DNA of 64,000 nucleotides from Promethearchaeota archaeon (GTDB lineage: Archaea > Asgardarchaeota > Lokiarchaeia > Sigyniarchaeales > SOKP01), in assembly GCA_019057865.1 (NCBI GenBank), contig JAHLWP010000016.1:1-64000 (forward strand), given 5' to 3'. Below are positions 33,179 to 43,896 of this stretch, in pieces. The notes below the pieces were generated by a model that ran no database searches, had not been told where the DNA came from, and saw only the letters and a list, made by a program, of their open reading frames with translations. How positions within the stretch are numbered: the first letter of the stretch is position 1; each line of letters starts with the position of its first letter. The translations under genes were made by a program, and so were the position numbers.

Positions 33179-33787
33179 TTATTGCTTTTTGACAATATAA
33201 TCTAACATGCCAGGTAGATAGGAAACATCATTAATAAAAACCCGTTTCTTCTCTTTATAAATAATTTTATGATTTTTGAAAAAAATATCTGCTTCATTGT
33301 CTGTATAGAAACAATGTAATACCTCTTCGTCATCATAGTTTTTTACAAATTCTCCAGGTCTTACTTCCTTACCATCTCCATAAAAAGAATCTTCGACAGA
33401 AAGAAGATTTACAAATAGAAGTCCATTTTTTTTCAATACACGGAACATTTCATCTAATGCTATTTTTGTCTCCTTTTTAGTTAAGTGAAAGATTGTATTA
33501 TAAGTGTATGTAAAACCAAATGAATTTGAATCAAATTCTATATATCGCATATCTCCCTTTTTAATATTTAATGTAATATTTTTGTTTTGAGAATATTCAT
33601 TTGCCCAGTTTATTCTTTCCTCTGAAATCTCGATACCATAAGTTTCATATCCATAATAGGAAAATAAGGCTAATTTTGGGAATCGCCCTCCTGCTCCACA
33701 ATCAAGTATTGTTTTCTCCATCGAACTCTCGTTTGTAAATTTAAGAAAATTATATAATGATGCTGGAAATATTTCACTTACCATCAA
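33179..33787 (-). CDS. Class I SAM-dependent methyltransferase
   Basis: ILDCGAGG, GDMR, RVLKKNG. Confidence 0.88.
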   Translation of the reverse strand: MMVSEIFPASLYNFLKFTNESSMEKTILDCGAGGRFPKLALFSYYGYETYGIEISEERINWANEYSQNKNITLNIKKGDMRYIEFDSNSFGFTYTYNTIFHLTKKETKIALDEMFRVLKKNGLLFVNLLSVEDSFYGDGKEVRPGEFVKNYDDEEVLHCFYTDNEADIFFKNHKIIYKEKKRVFINDVSYLPGMLDYIVKKQ

Positions 33788-33799
33788 AATTCACCTTTA

Positions 33800-34372
33800 T
33801 TAGAGCTTATCATAATCTAATTTATTTTTTTCTAATACTTTAATAACAAGTTCTTTAAAAATTTTTTGAACATTATAATTATCTTTTGAAGATGTTTTAA
33901 AAAATAACCCTTCATCATGCCTTTCCATGAATCTTTTTATAACTAAATCATCAACCTTACTTTTCTCGTCAGCAATTTTAACTAGGTCATTTTTTGTCCC
34001 TATGAAAATCCTTGGAGTTTTTCCATGATTATAATCACCTAATCTCTCGTACCACCAGTCTAATCTCAATAAAGTTTGAAGATCTACTAAATCAAATACC
34101 ATGAATATTCCATTAACGCCATTAATGTAGTAAGGAAAGAATTTTTTAAACTGTTCACGACCGCCAAAATCCCAAATACTCAGCCGAATAAATGTATCTT
34201 CGCCGTCAACAATAGCAGGAATATTATGAGTATAAAAATCTATCCCAATTGTTTCTTTTGTATTTGCGTCAAAAGTATCAAAACATAATCTCCTTGCAAG
34301 GCAAGTTTTTCCTACTCGTTCTTGCCCAAGTACGCATATCTTGAAAATATAAATTGGTTTCTCTTCAATCAT
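33800..34372 (-). CDS. Rab-like small GTPase
   Basis: GQERVGKT, TIGIDF, WDFGG, TKND, TSSK. Confidence 0.92.
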   Translation of the reverse strand: MIEEKPIYIFKICVLGQERVGKTCLARRLCFDTFDANTKETIGIDFYTHNIPAIVDGEDTFIRLSIWDFGGREQFKKFFPYYINGVNGIFMVFDLVDLQTLLRLDWWYERLGDYNHGKTPRIFIGTKNDLVKIADEKSKVDDLVIKRFMERHDEGLFFKTSSKDNYNVQKIFKELVIKVLEKNKLDYDKL

Positions 34373-34505
34373 CTCTTATTTGCTCCATATACTACTAGTC
34401 TTGGTAAAATTTCTAAGTTGTATTATAATTGGAAATTATTAAAATTCTTAAAGTAATTAACAATTTTAAACTTTATAATAAATACTAAGAAAGATTGAAA
34501 TCATT

Positions 34506-34998
34506 ATGAATGAAAAGGATGACTATACAATACATCGAGCATCAATTCATGAAATTAAACTTATCCAAGAAGTCTTATTAGCAGCATTTGAGGAATATCG
34601 TGACTTTTATTCTCCAGAAGCTTTTGCAGATACAATATTATCAAATGAAGAAACTACTAAAGAGCGGTTAAATCAAATGAAAGTGTATGTAGCAATTGAA
34701 CATGGTGGAAAAGTAATTGGAACTATTGAATGGCAGAAAATAGACGAGGAAGAAGGTCATATTCGAGGGATGGCAATGCATCCAAAAAAAATAAGGGATG
34801 AATAGCCCAGCAACTTCCTTATTGCAGCATGTGGAAGAGGAAGCGCGTTCGGAGGGATGCAAAATTATGACATTGGATACTACAGAAATTCTACAAAAAG
34901 CTCAAAAATTCTATAGGAGAAATGGGTATAAAAAAACAGGTAAAACAACACTATGGTTTGGGCACCTTATTTATGAATTTGCCAAGAAATTAATATAA
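34506..34998 (+). pseudogene. GNAT acetyltransferase split by a frameshift near 34790
   Basis: GHIRGMAMHP half and ATSLLQHVEEEAR...LDTT...AQKFYRRNGY half lie in different frames, joined at an A8 run. Confidence 0.75.
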
Positions 34999-35071
34999 TA
35001 TCTGTTTATTCAAAAAATCAGTTCTTTTATATACCCTATTTACTCTAGAAAAGTAGAGGGGTGGTATTATA

Positions 35072-35272
35072 ATGAAAAAGAATGCAAAAGTAAGTTTATT
35101 TGTAATTCTATTTGGAGTTAGTAATTTACTAATCGGTATAACACTATTTTTCATAGCAATAACTTGGTGGGAAGTGATGTTTGTTCAAGTACTCCATGGG
35201 CTGATATTTATATTAACCTCTATTCTATTAGTATCTACTGGAATCTATTTAATCGCGAGATATATTACATAA
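35072..35272 (+). CDS. Small membrane protein
   Basis: Two hydrophobic helices; GGGGTGG SD upstream. Confidence 0.65.
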   Translation: MKKNAKVSLFVILFGVSNLLIGITLFFIAITWWEVMFVQVLHGLIFILTSILLVSTGIYLIARYIT

Positions 35273-35375
35273 ACTAATTCAATAAATATAGCATTAAGTT
35301 TATTACAATCATTTTTTTAATCAATTAAAAAGAAAAAAAAGAGTTAAAAATGTAGTAAGCTAACATGAAATTGCC

Positions 35376-35582
35376 CTATATCAAACCTATGGCAATCTTC
35401 ATATCGGCTTGTGTTACTTTCTTTCTACCGGAGTGTTTAGCAATGTCTAGCGCGCATCCAGTTAATGTTTTAGCATATTCTTCTAAATAATCCATCAATT
35501 TATCAACTGCAGCTCGACTTACGATTTCAGCTCCGGCTTTTTTCATTAGAGCCCTAAGAGGACTCCATGCAAATGCAGCCAT
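35376..35582 (-). CDS. Archaeal histone
   Basis: LMKKAGAEIVSRAA...AKHSGRKKVTQADM histone fold; GGAGG SD. Confidence 0.95.
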   Translation of the reverse strand: MAAFAWSPLRALMKKAGAEIVSRAAVDKLMDYLEEYAKTLTGCALDIAKHSGRKKVTQADMKIAIGLI

Positions 35583-36025
35583 TTTTTATTCCTCCACTAA
35601 TTTTTTTTAATTAATGATTTTTTAATTTTTAAAGTGTATTTAAATTTAAATTAGTATTCCTAATATATAAATGTGTTGGTTGATCTTTAGTAATCTGATA
35701 AATGTGATCAATCAAATACGGTCGACAAAAAAAATTGATGAAAAAAATTAACAAATTTTTTACTAGTGAATTCAGTTATTAAGAAATGATCAAATTTTGT
35801 TATCAAATGATATGATCATTCCTAATTCAATTGATCATTCATCATCGATAGGTGAAACATATCTGGCTTATTATCAAGAAACTTCTAGGAGATAAAAATT
35901 TTGCTTATCTAATAGAACTATATTCTGTATAAAGATGAAACGTAGTATTTTAATTGAACTTTTAAATAAAAATGATAATATAAAAAAGTTATTTAGAGGT
36001 TTTTATTTTTCAAAATTATTAGTAC

Positions 36026-36406
36026 CTAGGCAAATAACTCAAGATATTGTCCTGCTATTCCAAAGAAATCTAAATCATCTAATTCTTCAAAATCTCCCTT
36101 AAAATATAAAATTACATCACCCTCAGAATCAAGAATCTGTCCTTTATCTTTTTTATACTCGAAAATAAGTCTATTATCAAACGAAGAGTAAATCTTTCCA
36201 TCTTCGAGCCATCCCTGTTTTTCTCCCTCATTCCAAGTTATATCTCCATCTTCTGTAAGAATTAAAAGAGTATAACCTGATTTATCCTTAAATTCATTAT
36301 TCTCTATATAACCTAATAATTTACTTTTCTTATTCAAATATTTCTTCCCATCTATATATCCTTCAAGCTTATCTTTTTTATTTAATACTTCTATCATAAA
36401 ATGCAC
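36026..36406 (-). CDS. Hypothetical beta-repeat protein
   Basis: Repeated (L)GYI(D/E) units. Confidence 0.65.
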   Translation of the reverse strand: MHFMIEVLNKKDKLEGYIDGKKYLNKKSKLLGYIENNEFKDKSGYTLLILTEDGDITWNEGEKQGWLEDGKIYSSFDNRLIFEYKKDKGQILDSEGDVILYFKGDFEELDDLDFFGIAGQYLELFA

Positions 36407-36496
36407 CCCAAATTAAGTATTATGTTATTGATTGGACTATTAAAGTAATTAAGATATGATTTATTAAAATATTTTAGATTAACAAATAGTATTGAA

Positions 36497-37039
36497 TTAT
36501 ACAATAGTCTTTTGTTCAGTTGAATATCTTTCAAACAAAATTTCTGTCAAAACTTCAAATGCTTTTTCTACATTTTGCCCTGTTTTTGAAGATAATTCCG
36601 CAAATGAGGCAAGATTATATTTCCTTGCCGATAGTATTCCATCATTTCTTAACACGGCTCTAAATTCATCCAAATCGAGTTTTGAACCAATTAACATTAT
36701 GGGTATATCACCTGCATGCTCTCTGATGATTGACGTCCAATCTGGTAGATGGTCGAGAGTAGTAGAATTAGTTATATCATAAAGAAAGAAAGCACCATTA
36801 GCACCCTTACAATATTGATGAAGAAGAAATCTGAATCGTTCTTCTCCTCCAAAATCCCATATTTGAAGTTTAACTTTTTTATCTTTAAAATTAGTAGTTT
36901 TTGAATAAAAGTCTACACCAATAGTTAATTTGAGGTCTTCTAAAAAAAATCCAGAGATATATCTTATTGTAAGTGAGGTCTTACCAACGCTAGCATCACC
37001 TAGCATTAATATTTTATAGGTAAAATCATAATCGGTCAT
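36497..37039 (-). CDS. Rab-like small GTPase
   Basis: GDASVGKT, TIGVDF, WDFGGEERF, SKLD, SSKTG. Confidence 0.95.
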   Translation of the reverse strand: MTDYDFTYKILMLGDASVGKTSLTIRYISGFFLEDLKLTIGVDFYSKTTNFKDKKVKLQIWDFGGEERFRFLLHQYCKGANGAFFLYDITNSTTLDHLPDWTSIIREHAGDIPIMLIGSKLDLDEFRAVLRNDGILSARKYNLASFAELSSKTGQNVEKAFEVLTEILFERYSTEQKTIV

Positions 37040-37192
37040 TATTTATTATTCAAATTAGAAATTGGTGTTGATTTTTTTATAATATTGATATTGATTATGT
37101 TATTTTATCGATTTTAATTTAAAATATTAATATACCAAGTATTAATTAAATTTTGTTTAATTTAAAGTTATTATTTTAAAATGAAATATTAC

Positions 37193-37846
37193 TCATAATA
37201 TAATGATTAAAATATTAAAAATAGAATGAGCAATTGAGACAGGGATTATTGAATAATCAAAATATATAAAAATAAAAGATAACAAAAGTCCAATACTAAA
37301 ATAATATCCGAAAAAAGTAATCATGGTTGTAATTGGCACTAAGAAGGGAGGAACATGGTAAAGTGTAAAAAATATTGACGAGAATATAAAGGCATATCTT
37401 AATCTCATTTTATTTTTAAATTTGTTTATTAAAAATGCTCGGAAGAAGGCTTCTTCACAAATTCCAATAATCAAAAACTGTAAAACAATGATTATTATTA
37501 CTTGAATTATACTCGGTTGAATTGGTTGGGTTGAAATTGCTCCTGCATCACCATGTTGCACGAAAGACGTTCCGAATATGAATTTAACAATAATATCTCT
37601 GAAAAAGTAAATAATGAAACCACCAGTTGCAAAAAGTAAAATACCAATTCCAATACCAGTGAAGATTTTTAATAGATTTGCTATCAATGAATCTTGATTT
37701 TTTTTAAAACCCATCTCGGTTAGTTCTTCTCTAACTCCTTTTTTCTCAATTTTTCCAGCGATGAATGCTGGTAAAATGACGAATAAAATTTCAAGAGATG
37801 ATAACCCAATTAAAATCCATGGGTTTCTTCCAATTTGGATTGACAT
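37193..37846 (-). CDS. CPBP/Abi family intramembrane metalloprotease
   Basis: EEAFFR, FTLYH, HSIFN. Confidence 0.9.
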   Translation of the reverse strand: MSIQIGRNPWILIGLSSLEILFVILPAFIAGKIEKKGVREELTEMGFKKNQDSLIANLLKIFTGIGIGILLFATGGFIIYFFRDIIVKFIFGTSFVQHGDAGAISTQPIQPSIIQVIIIIVLQFLIIGICEEAFFRAFLINKFKNKMRLRYAFIFSSIFFTLYHVPPFLVPITTMITFFGYYFSIGLLLSFIFIYFDYSIIPVSIAHSIFNILIIIL

Positions 37847-37939
37847 TTATCTGAGATATATATGTTCTTAAAACTTCAAGAAATCAAAAAATTAAATATC
37901 TCATTATTATTATTTTTATCCTATTTTTAAATACTCTAA

Positions 37940-39220
37940 ATGACAATTGAGAATAATTCGTTAAAGTCTAATAGTAAACATACAAATTATTTGTTAAAAG
38001 AGAAAGAAAATTTATCTTATACAAGTTTTACAAAAGAACAAATCCTACTGAAAAATCTAAAAGCTATCGCGAATGAATATATTGAACTTGAAAAAATAAA
38101 AACTGAATTTATAGAAATAATAATAAAAAATCTCGATGATTTGGATTTTTCTGGATTAATTAATTATTCTAAATATTATATTAAAGAATCTTTTTTAAAA
38201 CAACAAGTTAAATCCTCAAATATTAGAGGATTAAATGTCGTTAGTGTAGATGGAAGTTCAGTTGTTAAAAAATTTATGAATGTGGACTTTTCATTTCTAA
38301 AAGCTATAGCAGTAAAATATTTATTTTACAAAAATCACACAGCAAATATTGCATATTTTCCGGACTTAAATGGGTTTAATAATTATACTGTGCAGGGAAA
38401 TTATTTGAATCGTGATGACATAACAATTGAAGCTAAGATCTCAATGGACATGAAATTCATGGAAATTAATTTACTTAACAATATGATTAATAGATATACT
38501 GATATCGATATTGTGATTATCGACGGTTCAATTGTCATTATGCCTATTAATTTAATTTTCTCCAAAGATCCTGAAATATCTAAGAAGTATGATTTATTAT
38601 TAAAAGAGTATCATAATTTATATTTAACCTGTAAAGAAAAAGGAATTATTTTAACTGGTTCAATTAAAGATACAAGGACTTCTGCTTTAACACATTTATT
38701 AAGTGAATCTATCCAATTATTATTACCCAGTAAATCAAATTTAAATGATTTTATTAAAATTAATTACAGAGATATAATGAGATATTTCTCTGATTTAGAT
38801 TTATTTAATCGATTATTAAAAAAATATGAAAGAAGTTGTATTTTTAATTGTAAAAGAGAAATCGATAAAATTAGAGATACTGGAATAAAAAAAGAAATTC
38901 CATACTATTTTCCTCTTTCATTTTATGCTTTTTATCTTAAAACTGCTTTGTATGATACGCCATGCAGAATTGAATTTTTTATGAATGAAAAACATTCTCT
39001 TAAAAAAGCCTCTGAAAAAGCTGATTTAATTTCTTCAATATTGTTACCAATTTCAAGCTTAAATGAGCATTATGGATTGCCTATCCCACAAATTGAAGCT
39101 CATAGAAGAGCTGTTTTTAAGAAGAGTGAAATAAATCTTCTATTTAATAATTTAATTAGGACTCTAAATAAATATGGAATATCATTATTAGGTAAGAGAA
39201 GAAATAGAAGACCGTTTTAA
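37940..39220 (+). CDS. nurA: NurA family nuclease
   Basis: VSVDGS, IIDGS, YGLPIPQIEAH. Confidence 0.85.
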   Translation: MTIENNSLKSNSKHTNYLLKEKENLSYTSFTKEQILLKNLKAIANEYIELEKIKTEFIEIIIKNLDDLDFSGLINYSKYYIKESFLKQQVKSSNIRGLNVVSVDGSSVVKKFMNVDFSFLKAIAVKYLFYKNHTANIAYFPDLNGFNNYTVQGNYLNRDDITIEAKISMDMKFMEINLLNNMINRYTDIDIVIIDGSIVIMPINLIFSKDPEISKKYDLLLKEYHNLYLTCKEKGIILTGSIKDTRTSALTHLLSESIQLLLPSKSNLNDFIKINYRDIMRYFSDLDLFNRLLKKYERSCIFNCKREIDKIRDTGIKKEIPYYFPLSFYAFYLKTALYDTPCRIEFFMNEKHSLKKASEKADLISSILLPISSLNEHYGLPIPQIEAHRRAVFKKSEINLLFNNLIRTLNKYGISLLGKRRNRRPF

Positions 39221-39912
39221 TTTTTCCTTAAAGTTAACCTATTTAAAATGATATCTTCAAAAAAAACATGTTTTTTATTCAAAATCTCATTTTCATATCC
39301 TTTTTGCTTTAATATATAGTTAAAATCATTTAAATTAGTTCTACTTGAATTAATAAAATATATATAGCACTTATGGTGTAAATTGAGAAACTGTCTTGCT
39401 TGTTCAATAAACTTAAGAACTAGTTCGTAGCCTTTTATACCTCCATTCCAGCTATAATCGATATTTAATTCTCTCTCTTTCTCATTGAGATCATCCAGAG
39501 ATGGTAAATATGGAGGATTGAACATAATTATATCAAACGTATTTTTCAAATTTAAAGGAAATGATTTAAATAGATCTGATTTTATAAATGTTATTTTTTT
39601 TTTAATACCATTTAATTTTTCATTTAACTTGGCACAAATTAAAGCTTCTTCTAAAATATCAGAAGCATAAATCTTAGCATTAAAATTAACGAAATTTTGT
39701 GTAATTAATTGAAAAAATATTGCTATAATACCTGTTCCAGTCCCTAAATCTAATATGTTTTTAATATATTTAATGTTTATTCCGTCAAAGTATTTTTCAT
39801 CTACAGATTCTTTGAAATAATCAATTAATAGATAAGTATCATCAGATGGAGGATATACATTCTCAAAATCATATTTTATTATTGGATCAGGGAAAGAATT
39901 GATCTTAATCAC
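39217..39912 (-). CDS. HemK2/Mtq2-like protein methyltransferase
   Basis: VYPPSDDTYLL, LDLGTGTG, FNPPYLP. Confidence 0.9.
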   Translation of the reverse strand: MIKINSFPDPIIKYDFENVYPPSDDTYLLIDYFKESVDEKYFDGINIKYIKNILDLGTGTGIIAIFFQLITQNFVNFNAKIYASDILEEALICAKLNEKLNGIKKKITFIKSDLFKSFPLNLKNTFDIIMFNPPYLPSLDDLNEKERELNIDYSWNGGIKGYELVLKFIEQARQFLNLHHKCYIYFINSSRTNLNDFNYILKQKGYENEILNKKHVFFEDIILNRLTLRKN

Positions 39913-40768
39913 TTTTTTTTTTAAAGTTATAGAAATTGAAAACTGATTTACTTAATTCTATTAATTCTTCTATTTTAAAGCTAAAAAGTTTGTTATTATT
40001 AAATTTTTTTTTTTTAAGAATCTGTAAAATTCCTTTTTTTTCCAATTTACTTATTCCATTTTGTTTTAAAAATAATTCAATTGCATTTACAATATTTTTA
40101 TTCTTGTAAGGCATAATTCCAGCTAAAAACTTTAAGTAGAATTTCTTTCCATCATCTTTTAATAAAAATTGGTTTATTTGGACTTTAGGTGCTATGTTTA
40201 TCAAAGCAAGATCGATTTTTGGAACTGGATAAAAAGAATTCCGAGGAATTGTGAATTTTGAAATTGGTTTCATAAAAGAATTAAAACTAATCGTAATTCT
40301 AGAATATTTTTTATAATCTCCTTCGAAAAATATTCTATCAGCAATATTTTTTCCTATTATTAGGATTCCTTGAGGAGGTTTTTCTTTAAAAAAAATTCTT
40401 TCAAAAATTGGACCAGTTATTTTGTAAGGAATATTAGAAACAACTTTATTATGAAATGGAATGCCCACTTTTAAGATATCTCCATTTGTGATCTCAATAT
40501 TTCTATGATTTGAGAATTTTTCTGAAATATATTTACAAAGAATAGGATCAATTTCAATAGCATATACTTTTTTCGCCTTCTCAATTAATCTCTCTGTTAA
40601 GGCTCCCAAACCTGGACCGATCTCTAATATTATATCATCACTTGTAATATGAGACTCTGAAATAACCTTGTTTAAGGTGTTATTATCAACAAGGAAATTT
40701 TGCCCAAGATGTTTTTTAGGTTTTAAGTCTAACTCCTTAAGGATAAGTCTTATCTCTTTTAAATTCAT
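39905..40768 (-). CDS. rsmA: 16S rRNA dimethyladenosine transferase
   Basis: GQNFL, EIGPGLG, SNIPY. Confidence 0.95.
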   Translation of the reverse strand: MNLKEIRLILKELDLKPKKHLGQNFLVDNNTLNKVISESHITSDDIILEIGPGLGALTERLIEKAKKVYAIEIDPILCKYISEKFSNHRNIEITNGDILKVGIPFHNKVVSNIPYKITGPIFERIFFKEKPPQGILIIGKNIADRIFFEGDYKKYSRITISFNSFMKPISKFTIPRNSFYPVPKIDLALINIAPKVQINQFLLKDDGKKFYLKFLAGIMPYKNKNIVNAIELFLKQNGISKLEKKGILQILKKKKFNNNKLFSFKIEELIELSKSVFNFYNFKKKSD

Positions 40769-40773
40769 AGTGT

Positions 40774-41415
40774 TTATTCATATTTTTGCGTTTTGCTAAA
40801 AAGATAGTATTTTGCATCCCTTTGAAGTTCTTTAATAATTCTTTGGGCAATCAATTTAGCAGGATTTGATATACTAGTTCTATCTGCAATATCTTGAAAT
40901 GTTGTGAATTTTTGTTTTTCTCTTATCTCTAGAATTTCCCACATATGCTTCTGTCCTATACCAGGCAGCAATTTTAAAGCGTGCATTCTAGGAGTAATCG
41001 AAGTAGAATTATTGAAGAAATTTATAAATTCTCCCTCATATTTTAATACCTCTTTTTCGAGAATTGACTGAATTAAAGCTTTTGAGGTATTAGTTAAATC
41101 GTTATAATCAATTTTTTTTAAAACATCTCTTAATTTTCCTTCCCTCAGGAAATCTTCATAAGTTTTCTGTTCTTGTACCTTTATATCAGAATTTTTATTA
41201 ACTTTAACTTCATATAGTACAAAATCAGGAAAAGTAAGTACTTGAGCTAACGGAGTTTTTGACCAACTTGGCCTATCTTCCTCTGGATGACCATGTAGTA
41301 ATAAATCTAGGATTACTACATCTCGAAATTTCTTTATGAATTGCTTTTTCGGTTTTGGACGACCGCGATAAGTTTTTCTTCGAGCTGTCCTTCTGTATTG
41401 GTCTCTTCTTTCCAT
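40774..41415 (-). CDS. DUF655 family putative RNA-binding protein
   Basis: FFNNSTSITPRMHALKLLPGIG; conserved synteny with rpoF and rsmA. Confidence 0.9.
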   Translation of the reverse strand: MERRDQYRRTARRKTYRGRPKPKKQFIKKFRDVVILDLLLHGHPEEDRPSWSKTPLAQVLTFPDFVLYEVKVNKNSDIKVQEQKTYEDFLREGKLRDVLKKIDYNDLTNTSKALIQSILEKEVLKYEGEFINFFNNSTSITPRMHALKLLPGIGQKHMWEILEIREKQKFTTFQDIADRTSISNPAKLIAQRIIKELQRDAKYYLFSKTQKYE

Positions 41416-41583
41416 AATAACTTTTTGTTTTAATTTTTACTTTTCTGTTTACCATACTAAAAATTTTTTTAACATGTACTTAATATTGAGAGAGTATTCA
41501 TTAAAATTTAAAACAACATAGATTTATAAATTCTTCGGATTTCAAAACTTAGTGTAAAAATTTCTTATCTATGAAGATTTTAG

Positions 41584-41949
41584 TTATGATGTTTTGATAT
41601 CTTCGATCTGGTAAAGAATCTCTTGTAATTGATCGTCATTTAAGGTTTTTCCGTTATAAGACTTCTCAAAAATCATCCGCAATTCTGGAATAGATTGAGG
41701 ATCAATATTTACAACGTTTATAGCATAAATTTCTTCAATATCATATTTATCCACTAAAAATTTTATAATTTTAATCGAGATTTTTGTTGGTATCTTAGAA
41801 AATTTATTTACGTAATTATAAGTTATTTCTTGAAAATGTGACATATCCTCTTCGGAATCAATTTCTAATATCTTTTCCTTTACATATTCCATAATTTCTT
41901 TTACTTCAGGTATTGATACTATTTTTTCATCAACTTTTCGTCCAGACAT
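41584..41949 (-). CDS. rpoF: RNA polymerase subunit F (Rpo4)
   Basis: VSIPEVKEI, YVNKFSK, VNIDPQSIPELR; synteny. Confidence 0.88.
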   Translation of the reverse strand: MSGRKVDEKIVSIPEVKEIMEYVKEKILEIDSEEDMSHFQEITYNYVNKFSKIPTKISIKIIKFLVDKYDIEEIYAINVVNIDPQSIPELRMIFEKSYNGKTLNDDQLQEILYQIEDIKTS

Positions 41950-41965
41950 TAAATTACCTTCATTT

Positions 41966-42280
41966 TTATTCTTTTGCTTTAACAGAGACGCTATTCAATC
42001 TTATGTGCTCTTTTCCAATTATTAATGTTTTCATAGATTTACCTAACTTTACTTCCACTAAATAACAACGCCCTCTTTGTCCAGTTATTGTGCCAGTACG
42101 CCCGTGGAATCTGGAATGTGGCATTCCACGGCGATGAACAGATGGATCAGTTATTATATCAACTTTATCGTTAATCTTATAATCAATTAAGTATTTTTCA
42201 ATTGATCCTAATCCTCTGTTTCGAACGTTTTTCCTATGTTTATGTCTTGTTTTTGAACGGTACCCACGATGTTTAACCAG
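41966..42280 (-). CDS. rpl21e: 50S ribosomal protein L21e, missing from the ORF track (CTG start)
   Basis: (M)VKHRGYRSKTRHKHRK...GMPHSRFHGRTG...KEHIR; AGGTG SD 7 nt before CTG; in-frame stop just upstream. Confidence 0.93.
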   Translation of the reverse strand: MVKHRGYRSKTRHKHRKNVRNRGLGSIEKYLIDYKINDKVDIITDPSVHRRGMPHSRFHGRTGTITGQRGRCYLVEVKLGKSMKTLIIGKEHIRLNSVSVKAKE

Positions 42281-42396
42281 CGCTTTGCACCTTTAAGATT
42301 TTAATTATTATAACGAATCAATTAATTTAGTAGAATTATGAATAATTGTTTATTTATTTTTTTATTTTAAATGTATTAGTTATTGTAAAAGGAGTT

Positions 42397-43758
42397 CTAA
42401 AGTGAGATGTTAAATACATCTAACTCTTTACAAACTAATGGAAATTCAAAAACTTCTGAAAAAGACGGAGATGTTCGCCCTTGATCACCATTAATAAGCT
42501 CTTTAATATAAGTACCCCCTTGTGTTTCAATAGTAAATTCAAATAAATTTGATTTAATATATTTTCCCGTTATTTTATAGATAATTTTTTTTCTAACTTT
42601 ATCAACACGACGATGAGAAACTCTAATTGGTGTTCTTTGATGTATTTTTTGATTTTCAAAGATCGTTTTCAATTTTCTTAGTTTTTCTTCAAAAAATTCT
42701 TTAGTAATCCTATTTTGTACTTGGATCACTGCTTTATATGTTTTTTTTGTATTTTTTGATTCGGCTTTAAGTTTAATTACTTCTTTCTTATTACTATATT
42801 TTAAATTTGAAACTTTTACTTTTTTTTTAAGAGATTTATTAATTATTTTTTCTATATATACTAAATTTAAGTTCCTAACTTTTGGATTTCTTAATTCAAG
42901 AATGAATGGCCTTCCAGTACCTAGCATCCTTACATCAATATCTTCTCTTCCAGCTCCATGAAATTTAGAATCAGTAGCTTCCGATTCTTTAACAAATTCA
43001 GGACTAATTAATTCCTCTATACTAGTTAAATATAGCTTTCCAGTGAAATTACATTGTTCACATCCTTTTCCCAGACAATTTTTGCAAAACCAGTGAGTTT
43101 GTGGGATTCCTCTTATCAATTTATTATATCTCCCGTAAATAAAAAGCGATTTAATTATTATATCTATCTTAAAAGAATCAAACCTTAAAGAATATATAAT
43201 TAAAATATCCGGGTTATTAAATTCGGGAGTTTTTTTTAACATAACCATTAATTTTTTTCCAATCATACGATTGAAATGACTTTTAAAAGCTTCTGCTTCT
43301 AAGAGCTTAAATTCTGTCTTAAATTTATCTTCGTTATTAATTATCTGTGAATCCGGACTTGAACCGACCAAGAAATTATTAAATTCAATCCCCTTAAGTT
43401 TAACCTTCACTTCATTTATATAATTATCAATATTGGAAAATATATCATGACACAAGTAACAAGCTTGATATGGGTGTTTCTCTGAATACTCAAGTCCCTC
43501 ATTTTCCAGAACTTTTTGAGCAGGTAAAAAATGAGCGTTTTCAGCTAGAATTTTTAAATATTTCAATCCTTCTGCTTGTTGATCATCACCATTGGATAAA
43601 TATTTACGATGGTTTTCCATAGTTAATGAAAGTAATAATGAATATCCTCTTTCTTTATTTGTTGTACTTGTACCTAGTAAAGAAAACATTCTTCCAAGAC
43701 AGGGGATACAAATATAGTACTTCGAATAAATTTCAAGAACTTTATGGAAGATCATCAT
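42397..43758 (-). CDS. pus10: tRNA pseudouridine synthase Pus10
   Basis: FHGAGREDIDVRMLGTGRPF, QGGTYIKELI. Confidence 0.95.
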   Translation of the reverse strand: MMIFHKVLEIYSKYYICIPCLGRMFSLLGTSTTNKERGYSLLLSLTMENHRKYLSNGDDQQAEGLKYLKILAENAHFLPAQKVLENEGLEYSEKHPYQACYLCHDIFSNIDNYINEVKVKLKGIEFNNFLVGSSPDSQIINNEDKFKTEFKLLEAEAFKSHFNRMIGKKLMVMLKKTPEFNNPDILIIYSLRFDSFKIDIIIKSLFIYGRYNKLIRGIPQTHWFCKNCLGKGCEQCNFTGKLYLTSIEELISPEFVKESEATDSKFHGAGREDIDVRMLGTGRPFILELRNPKVRNLNLVYIEKIINKSLKKKVKVSNLKYSNKKEVIKLKAESKNTKKTYKAVIQVQNRITKEFFEEKLRKLKTIFENQKIHQRTPIRVSHRRVDKVRKKIIYKITGKYIKSNLFEFTIETQGGTYIKELINGDQGRTSPSFSEVFEFPLVCKELDVFNISL

Positions 43759-43896
43759 TATTAAAAATTAATTATTCACTGCTTATTGATTTTATTCAAG
43801 TAAAGAAAATTCATTAAAAAAACTTTAAAATAAAAAATTTATTTTTCTATTTAATTTCATTAATTAGTTTTTTACAGCATATTAGTTTGACATCAA

